Source of the DNA: Bryobacterales bacterium
GTDB taxonomy: Bacteria > Acidobacteriota > Terriglobia > Bryobacterales > Bryobacteraceae
DNA: 64,000 bases
Direction: 5' to 3'
NCBI GenBank assembly: GCA_963791675.1
Contig: CAWBTD010000002.1
Span: 120-64,119 of the forward strand
Made by a program: the position numbers and the translations under genes. The notes beneath the pieces were generated by a model that worked only from the letters and a program-made list of their open reading frames with translations, was not told where the DNA came from and ran no database searches. Positions 58,175 through 64,000 of this stretch are shown here, one piece after another. Position 1 is the stretch's first letter; every line of letters begins with the position of its first letter.

Positions 58175-60541
58175 GTGATAATCTTCTGGTTCCGGCAGGA
58201 TCTTAGGCTAGACGATAACCCCGGACTGCTGGTTGCGCTTAGCCAACAAGTGCCGGTATTGCCCGTTTTTATCTGGTCGCCAGAAGAAGAGAATGACTGG
58301 CCACCTTCAGATCCTGCAAAATGGTGGCTCTATTTCTCACTTCTTGATTTAGATCGTGAGTTGCGAAAATTGGGTTCCCGTCTGACGATTCGTCGTGGCA
58401 GGGCAGAGCAGGAACTGAATCACCTTTTTCAGCAAACAGGAGCACGGCGTATCATCTGGAATCGGCGGTATGAGCCGTCCATTGTACAGCGTGATCGCAG
58501 ACTGAAGCAGTACCTGGATAAAAACAACATTTCCTCACAGGATTTTAATTCGGCCTTGCTCTATGACCCTTCCGAAATCCCTTTGGCTGAGAACGGCCAT
58601 CCCTTTCAAGTGTTTTCTCAGTTCTGGAAAGCCTGTGCCAATATGGCCCAGCCAGAGCAGCCAGTGGATTGTCCGGCAAATTGGCAAGTGCCGGAATCGT
58701 GGCCGGAATCACTTCCCATTGAAGATTTGGCTTCATTGTTTAGCTTAAAAGACGGAAGGCATTTATTCCACAAATGGCAGCCTGGAGCAACACACGCTGC
58801 TGCCACTTTTCAACGTTTTCAGCAGGAAGCAGAAGCAACATACTCCACCGAACGGCACTTTCCGGACCGGACCAGCACCTCCTGTTTAGCTCCTCATATT
58901 CACTTTGGAGAAATCAGTCTCCGGCGTATATGGCACGCCTTATCCAAAAAAAGTGAGGCGTTTCGGAAACAGCTTGGATGGAGGGAATTTGGCTATTATC
59001 TGTTGCACCACTTTCCGACCACTCCTCACCGTTCGTTGCGTCCTGAGTTTGATCGTCTGCTCTGGAAAGATAACGATCGTTTGTTCGATGCATGGCGCTA
59101 CGGTCGCACTGGCTACCCGATTGTGGATGCGGGAATGCGCCAGTTACGGGCAACCGGCTGGATGCACAACAGAGTCCGTATGATCACAGCCTCTTTACTA
59201 GTGAAAGATTTGCAGCAACACTGGCAAAGGGGTGCCCGTTGGTTTTGGGACACCCTGGTAGATGCGGATTTAGCGAGTAATACGCTGAACTGGCAATGGA
59301 CGGCAGGCGCTGGCACAGATAAATTGCCGCTGCGCAGCTTTTATCCATTAGTGCAAGGCCATAAGTTTGATCCCGATGGTTCTTATGTGCGGCGTTGGGT
59401 GCCGGAACTAGCAGCGCTGCCTCCTGAATGGATTCACCAGCCTTTCCAAGCGCCGGAAGAAGTGTTGCGTGCTGCGGGAGTGGAAATGGAAGTGGATTAC
59501 CCTTACCCAGTGAACGTTGTAGTGCCGGAAAACTCTGCACCCATTCACAGCGAAACCCCACAAAAGAGTTGCCTCATTATTGGGGCAGGAATAGCCGGCT
59601 TGGCGGCTGGCCGGAAGTTGCAGAAAGAAGGCTGGGCCGTCACGATTCTGGATAAGGGCCGCAGTGCCGGAGGACGTTTAGCTACCCGGTTCATTGATGA
59701 AGCCGTGTTTGACCATGGAGCTCAATTCATCACCGTTCGGAGCCCTGCTTTTGAAGAACTGATGAACAGTCTGCAACAGGTTGGCATTGTGTACGAGTGG
59801 TGTCGCGGGTTTGGAACACCGAAACAACCCTATCGTTCTGATGGGCATCCTCGCTACCAGGGAACTGGAGGCATGGGTGCTATTGGCCGTTATCTGGCGC
59901 AAGGAATGGATGTGCGGGTTCGCCAGCGGGTAACTCAGTTGCGGTACTCCGGCAAGTCCTGGACGGCGGAACTGGAATCCGGGCAAAGCTTGTCGGCAAC
60001 CTCTTTGATTTCCACCATGCCGGTCCCACAAGCTTTGGATGTGCTTGATTTAGGTGGTTTTGAAATGCAGGATGGACATCGCCAAGCATTGGACCGGGTA
60101 AAGTATCACCCTTGTCTGGCTCTGATGGTCCTGTTAGAAGGTCCCAGTCAGCTTCCCGCACCGGGAGCTTTACAGTTTCCGGAAGGGCCGCTCTGGTTTG
60201 TGGCGGACAATCGTATGAAGGGCATTTCTCCGGATGCCACTGCCGTAACCATACATGCCAGTGTCACCTTCAGCCGTGAACATTGGAATGTGAGCGAGCC
60301 GGTTGTGCAGGAATGGCTTCTGAATCTTGCTTCGCCTTACCTGGGCAGTAAAATCCGCAGCACCACCCTTCATCGTTGGCGCTTTGCGCAACCCGTGGAG
60401 CAGCACCCGGAACGTTGCTTCTCCATTCCCCTGGAAGCGCCTCTGATTTTCGCCGGAGATGCTTTTGGTGAGCCGCGTGTGGAAGGTGCAGCGCTTTCCG
60501 GCATGGCGGCTGCGGAAGAGTTGTTACGATTTTCTTTATGA
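58175..60541 (+). CDS. fusion protein: class I CPD photolyase/cryptochrome-family domain (about aa 1-455) plus a renalase-like NAD(P)/FAD-dependent oxidoreductase domain (about aa 470-788)
   Basis: N-terminal part: IIFWFRQDLRLDDNP, LGWREFGYYLL, TGYPIVDAGMRQLRATGWMHNRVRMI and LNWQWTAG. A linker PENSAPIHSETPQKS follows. Then comes a Rossmann dinucleotide fold CLIIGAGIAGLAAGRKL....V.ILDKGRSAGGRLATR. The ORF is continuous (GTG start). Confidence 0.8.
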   Translation: MIIFWFRQDLRLDDNPGLLVALSQQVPVLPVFIWSPEEENDWPPSDPAKWWLYFSLLDLDRELRKLGSRLTIRRGRAEQELNHLFQQTGARRIIWNRRYEPSIVQRDRRLKQYLDKNNISSQDFNSALLYDPSEIPLAENGHPFQVFSQFWKACANMAQPEQPVDCPANWQVPESWPESLPIEDLASLFSLKDGRHLFHKWQPGATHAAATFQRFQQEAEATYSTERHFPDRTSTSCLAPHIHFGEISLRRIWHALSKKSEAFRKQLGWREFGYYLLHHFPTTPHRSLRPEFDRLLWKDNDRLFDAWRYGRTGYPIVDAGMRQLRATGWMHNRVRMITASLLVKDLQQHWQRGARWFWDTLVDADLASNTLNWQWTAGAGTDKLPLRSFYPLVQGHKFDPDGSYVRRWVPELAALPPEWIHQPFQAPEEVLRAAGVEMEVDYPYPVNVVVPENSAPIHSETPQKSCLIIGAGIAGLAAGRKLQKEGWAVTILDKGRSAGGRLATRFIDEAVFDHGAQFITVRSPAFEELMNSLQQVGIVYEWCRGFGTPKQPYRSDGHPRYQGTGGMGAIGRYLAQGMDVRVRQRVTQLRYSGKSWTAELESGQSLSATSLISTMPVPQALDVLDLGGFEMQDGHRQALDRVKYHPCLALMVLLEGPSQLPAPGALQFPEGPLWFVADNRMKGISPDATAVTIHASVTFSREHWNVSEPVVQEWLLNLASPYLGSKIRSTTLHRWRFAQPVEQHPERCFSIPLEAPLIFAGDAFGEPRVEGAALSGMAAAEELLRFSL

Positions 60542-60861
60542 GCGATCTTGATCCGATTGACCATATTGCCATTCCTGTGACTGACATTCGTTCGGCAGTG
60601 GATTGGTACACCAGCACATTCCAGTGCGAAGTGAAATATCAGGATGATACCTGGGCATTGCTTGGCTTTGCGAACATTCGTCTGGCCTTGGTGATTCCTA
60701 GTCAGCATCCGGCTCACCTGGGCCTTGTGAGTCCAGTGGCGGAAAGTTTCGGTGCTTTAAAAACACACCGCGATGGCACTCGCTCCTGCTATATTCAGGA
60801 CCCTGCTGGTAACCAGGTGGAAGTGTTGGCTGCTGATAGCATGCCGGATTACGGAAAGTGA
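60538..60861 (+). CDS. VOC-family (glyoxalase/bleomycin-resistance/dioxygenase fold) protein
   Basis: DHIAIPVTDIRSAVDWY near the N-terminus and C-terminal CYIQDPAGNQVEV. It shares 4-nt overlaps with both neighbouring genes. Confidence 0.75.
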   Translation: MSDLDPIDHIAIPVTDIRSAVDWYTSTFQCEVKYQDDTWALLGFANIRLALVIPSQHPAHLGLVSPVAESFGALKTHRDGTRSCYIQDPAGNQVEVLAADSMPDYGK

Positions 60862-62036
60862 TTACGATCATAGGAGCCGGGTTAGCCGGTCTTGTTTGTG
60901 CATGGGAACTGATGGCAAAAGGCGTTACTGTCCGCGTCTTGGAAGCTTCCCATACAGTGGGAGGCCGTGTAAGGACGGATTCTTACCAAGGCTTTTTGTT
61001 AGACCGGGGATTTCAGGTCCTGTTAACCGCCTACCCGGAGTGTAAGCGGTTATTACAGTACGAGGCATTAAACTTAAAATCCTTCTATCCGGGTGCCATG
61101 ATTTACTTAAATGGCAAATTTCACCGTTTTGCCGATCCGGCTAAGCATATCTTTGATGCAGTCGGTTCATTGAAGTCTCCAGTCGGCAGTTTCACCGATA
61201 AACTTCGTGTGGGTGCTCTCCGTACTGATGTGACCAGTGTTCCATTGGAAACCTTGTTCTCACGACCGGAAACAACCACGCTGGCTGCTCTGCAATCCCG
61301 GCATTTTAGCCAAAGCATGATTGACGGCTTTTTCCGCCCTTTTTTCGGCGGAATCTTTTTAGAACGAGAATTAACGACATCCAGCAGATTGTTTGAATTC
61401 CTTTTTCGTATGTTTGCGGAAGGCGATACAGTGATCCCTGCAACCGGAATGCAAGCCATCCCGCAACAATTGGCTGCTCACCTGCCGATTGAGTTTGGGG
61501 TCAAGGTCGATACGCTGGATTCGCTGGAAAGCGATGGTGTAGTAATCGCTACCGAAGAACCGGAAGCCGCAAGACTGTTAGGAACTGAACTTCCTAAGAA
61601 ATGGAAAAGCGTGCAATGCCACTATTTCGCGACAGATCACTCGCCAACGGATGAGCCGATTCTGATGCTGAATGGAGAATCGCGCGGACCCGTGAACAAC
61701 TTTTGCGTCGAAAGCAACGTGGCGCCTTTGTTCGCTCCGCCAGGAGCAGCATTGCTTTCCGCTACGGTGCTGGGAAATGCTTCGGAAAATGAGGTGAGGG
61801 AGCATCTCGCCGAATGGTTCGGTCCTCAGGTACAGCGCTGGGCCTTTCTCCGAACCTACGACATCAACTATGCGCAGCCGGACCAAAATCCACCTGCATT
61901 AGCAAGCCCGGAAAAGCCGGTACGCGTCCGGCAAGGTGTATATCGATGCGGCGATTACCTGGAGAATGCTTCCTTGCAAGGAGCAATGGCGTCAGGGCGA
62001 CGTGCTGCGGAAGCAATTCTGCAGGATCGCCAGTAA
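60858..62036 (+). CDS. NAD(P)/FAD-dependent oxidoreductase (amine-oxidase / phytoene-desaturase-like fold)
   Basis: N-terminal ITIIGAGLAGLVCAWEL...V.VLEASHTVGGRVRTD and a C-terminal FAD-binding tail YRCGDY....LQGAMASGRRAAE. Confidence 0.8.
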   Translation: MITIIGAGLAGLVCAWELMAKGVTVRVLEASHTVGGRVRTDSYQGFLLDRGFQVLLTAYPECKRLLQYEALNLKSFYPGAMIYLNGKFHRFADPAKHIFDAVGSLKSPVGSFTDKLRVGALRTDVTSVPLETLFSRPETTTLAALQSRHFSQSMIDGFFRPFFGGIFLERELTTSSRLFEFLFRMFAEGDTVIPATGMQAIPQQLAAHLPIEFGVKVDTLDSLESDGVVIATEEPEAARLLGTELPKKWKSVQCHYFATDHSPTDEPILMLNGESRGPVNNFCVESNVAPLFAPPGAALLSATVLGNASENEVREHLAEWFGPQVQRWAFLRTYDINYAQPDQNPPALASPEKPVRVRQGVYRCGDYLENASLQGAMASGRRAAEAILQDRQ

Positions 62037-62046
62037 ATACGCGTTT

Positions 62047-63207
62047 TTAACGTCCGCCGCATTTGCCTTGGAACGTAATGATCCAAGCGATCTTGGTAAA
62101 CTTCGGCCCCATGATGGTTGCCATGATCTGTGAGCCGTCGCCTATGAAGTTCGCTACGGCTGCAATGGTGCGGTTTTTCTGAGACTCTACATAACCAGGA
62201 ACATTGAAGTGCGTTAACTGTTGAAGATGGGTGCCATCCGCATCCATCAACATAAACTCTGTTTTCAAGGAAATGGTTTTGTAGGTATTTCCTTTGTCCT
62301 GATACGGGTATGAAGACATGAAAACAACTTTCCTCCCATTAGGGGAATACACGCCATGCTCATCCCAGACTTTTGGTGAGTTGGTCAACTGTTTTAATTG
62401 TCCGTTGGACACATCTAAGGTCCATTGGTCCTGACCTTGGGCATCTTTCAAGCCAAGATCAGTGCTAATCAGCAAATGTCTTCCATCCGGCGAAAAGTTG
62501 CCTGGCTCGACCCATTTCGCGCCGGGGGGCGTAATATCCCGCCTGTTTGCGAGCTGCGGAGTACCGCTGGCGTTGATAACAAAATCCGCCATATACAGCT
62601 TCCAGATTCCGAACTTATTCGCAAAGATATTGCCGTCAACAATTTCAGCCCACACCGCCTTTTTGCCATCGGGCGTAAAAGCCGTGCCGGAAAACCCATT
62701 GCTTGGTCCATTTTCGCGTCGATAGTCCGTCAAGGGATACCACCGGTCACCAGTCGGCGTAGTGGCCCAAATGTTCAGCCATATCCCGCTTTGCAATAAA
62801 CCTTGTTGCCAGGATTGCGGCATCCACATGTTGTCATGTTTGGTTTCTTCCACGCCCACAAACAGCCATTGGCCGGAAGGGTGCCAGGAAACCATCATCT
62901 TATGGCGGTCTACACGGGGCATTCCTCCACGAGAATCACAACTGATGCAGTGCTTTTCGTCCGTACCGGATTTGCCTATATAGACTTGAAAAATGCCCTT
63001 CTGATCCGCCTGATTGATTTCGTATAGATCGGAAGCCGGGGAAGGCAAATAGCTTTCGAATATCTGTGGGTACTTCTGGATGCTTTTGACCTGGCAAGCA
63101 GGCTCATCGGGATGAGAGGTAGCCGCTTGTTGCGATGCCCCAGAAACAAGGCCAGCAACCTCAATTGTCAGAAGCGCAAGAACAAACGCGTATACGGGTA
63201 ATATCAA
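62047..63207 (-). CDS. secreted TolB/PD40-like beta-propeller protein
   Basis: Signal-anchor N-terminus and repeated PD40-like segments (FTPDGKKAVWAE, FSPDGRHLLIST, YSPNGRKVVFMSS). Confidence 0.6.
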   Translation of the reverse strand: MILPVYAFVLALLTIEVAGLVSGASQQAATSHPDEPACQVKSIQKYPQIFESYLPSPASDLYEINQADQKGIFQVYIGKSGTDEKHCISCDSRGGMPRVDRHKMMVSWHPSGQWLFVGVEETKHDNMWMPQSWQQGLLQSGIWLNIWATTPTGDRWYPLTDYRRENGPSNGFSGTAFTPDGKKAVWAEIVDGNIFANKFGIWKLYMADFVINASGTPQLANRRDITPPGAKWVEPGNFSPDGRHLLISTDLGLKDAQGQDQWTLDVSNGQLKQLTNSPKVWDEHGVYSPNGRKVVFMSSYPYQDKGNTYKTISLKTEFMLMDADGTHLQQLTHFNVPGYVESQKNRTIAAVANFIGDGSQIMATIMGPKFTKIAWIITFQGKCGGR

Positions 63208-63307
63208 GATAATTTGAATGTGTTACTGTGCCGCAAGTTGAGAGGCATGGCGCATTAAGTTGCTTCTCACCTCGCCGGGCAAAGCTTGCAGTTGTGATTC
63301 TGTCAGG

Positions 63308-64000
63308 CTATTGACCATTGTGGCTGGCGAAGCTGCCATATTCTTGCCCAAGCATCACCAGAAAAGCCCACACAATATCACCGGCTTGAAAATTACAATG
63401 ACCATTCCGGAAGACGGGAATTTGCGAAAGATTTTGAAGGGAATTCGTCTGTAATGCCTTAACGTAGTAACCGGCTTCGTGAAGCCAAGGTACGATCGGG
63501 TCGGCAGTGGTGTGAAGCGTGACCAAAGGGATTTTATGTTGGCCGGTTGTTTCGTAGAGCTTCATGGTTTGTACGGCAGCAGAATCAGCCGTGTATCTCT
63601 TGATATTGGCGTTCAGTATGAAGTCGTTCGGAGAACCCAAATAAATGCGAGTGCGATTGTCAAAGGGTTGCCCTTTCAGCTTCGCGATCGCATCATTCGT
63701 CGCCATGGCGCTATATCGAAGAGCCTCCACAATGTTGTCGTCCGTTGTCGCTGCATCTGAGGCGGTGGGAATCATGCTCGCATTCAGAAAACTTTGCCGC
63801 TTACTGGCGCTTGTAGCTAACGCAGCCTTAATGGCTGGTACGTATACTTGTTTCCCAATTGGTCCAAAGCTGTGCCGGGACTGACACAACCGTTCCGGGA
63901 AGAACTCCTGGAAAGAAGTAGTCAAACAGAACACGAGCATCTCCCACGTAATTAATCTGGCCGCTAAAGCTGCCAATCGGCCCGCAAGCAGCGATCGCGG
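63308..64000 (-). CDS. probable alpha/beta-fold hydrolase, N-terminus beyond the window edge
   Basis: The frame stays open to position 64000. C-terminal LVTLHTTADPIVPW (acid residue) and FRNGHCNF (His) resemble the end of an alpha/beta hydrolase triad. Confidence 0.45.
   Translation of the reverse strand, partial: PRSLLAGRLAALAARLITWEMLVFCLTTSFQEFFPERLCQSRHSFGPIGKQVYVPAIKAALATSASKRQSFLNASMIPTASDAATTDDNIVEALRYSAMATNDAIAKLKGQPFDNRTRIYLGSPNDFILNANIKRYTADSAAVQTMKLYETTGQHKIPLVTLHTTADPIVPWLHEAGYYVKALQTNSLQNLSQIPVFRNGHCNFQAGDIVWAFLVMLGQEYGSFASHNGQ

Overview
Chromosomal segment of a motile, aerobic Gram-negative bacterium. The gene organisation (Alternative Complex III next to a caa3 oxidase, b/b'-type ATP synthase, protein style) looks Acidobacteriota-like, but I cannot confirm taxonomy without a search. 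Almost the whole window is coding.

Layout from left to right:
- 1-4043: a small accessory-looking patch. It holds a Uma2 endonuclease fragment, an ABC/AAA-type ATPase with an overlapping small Toprim-like gene, a DegT aminotransferase, and a tiny membrane ORF followed by a stand-alone LuxR HTH.
- 4052-6612: glk-zwf.
- 6686-12488: an F1Fo ATP synthase operon b'-b-delta-alpha-gamma-beta-epsilon, with no a or c subunit genes.
- 12485-14416: two minus-strand genes of unclear function, next to tRNA-Pro(GGG).
- 14618-18681: tmk, holB, aroA and an Ntn-type asparaginase.
- 18790-31399: a complete Alternative Complex III cluster (actABCDEF), an extra membrane protein, SCO, and caa3-type cytochrome oxidase genes (II, I, III, IV).
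- 31417-58020: a large flagellar region. It contains SLT, fliS, flgJ(N)-I-H-A-G-x-F, fliK-flgD-flgE-fliN'-fliOPQR-flhBAF-fliA-fliN, a sigma-54 activator, a second FliA-like sigma, flgM-N-K-L-fliM, and motAB.
- 58175-62036: a translationally coupled operon that starts with a photolyase fused to an FAD oxidoreductase.
- 62047-64000: a beta-propeller protein and a partial hydrolase.

Observations most worth a second look:
1. Oxidase subunits II, I and III are each interrupted by one extra nucleotide. All ligand motifs are intact, and no other gene in the window is broken.
2. The ATPase + Toprim-like pair is a candidate PARIS/OLD-like defence module.
3. The photolyase-oxidoreductase fusion operon.
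4. The flagellar regulatory wiring: two sigma-28 paralogs with one FlgM, a FleQ-like sigma-54 activator, three recognisable sigma-28-type promoters, and two palindromes that share an AAAGTTTT core.

I saw no CRISPR array, rRNA, transposase or integrase.
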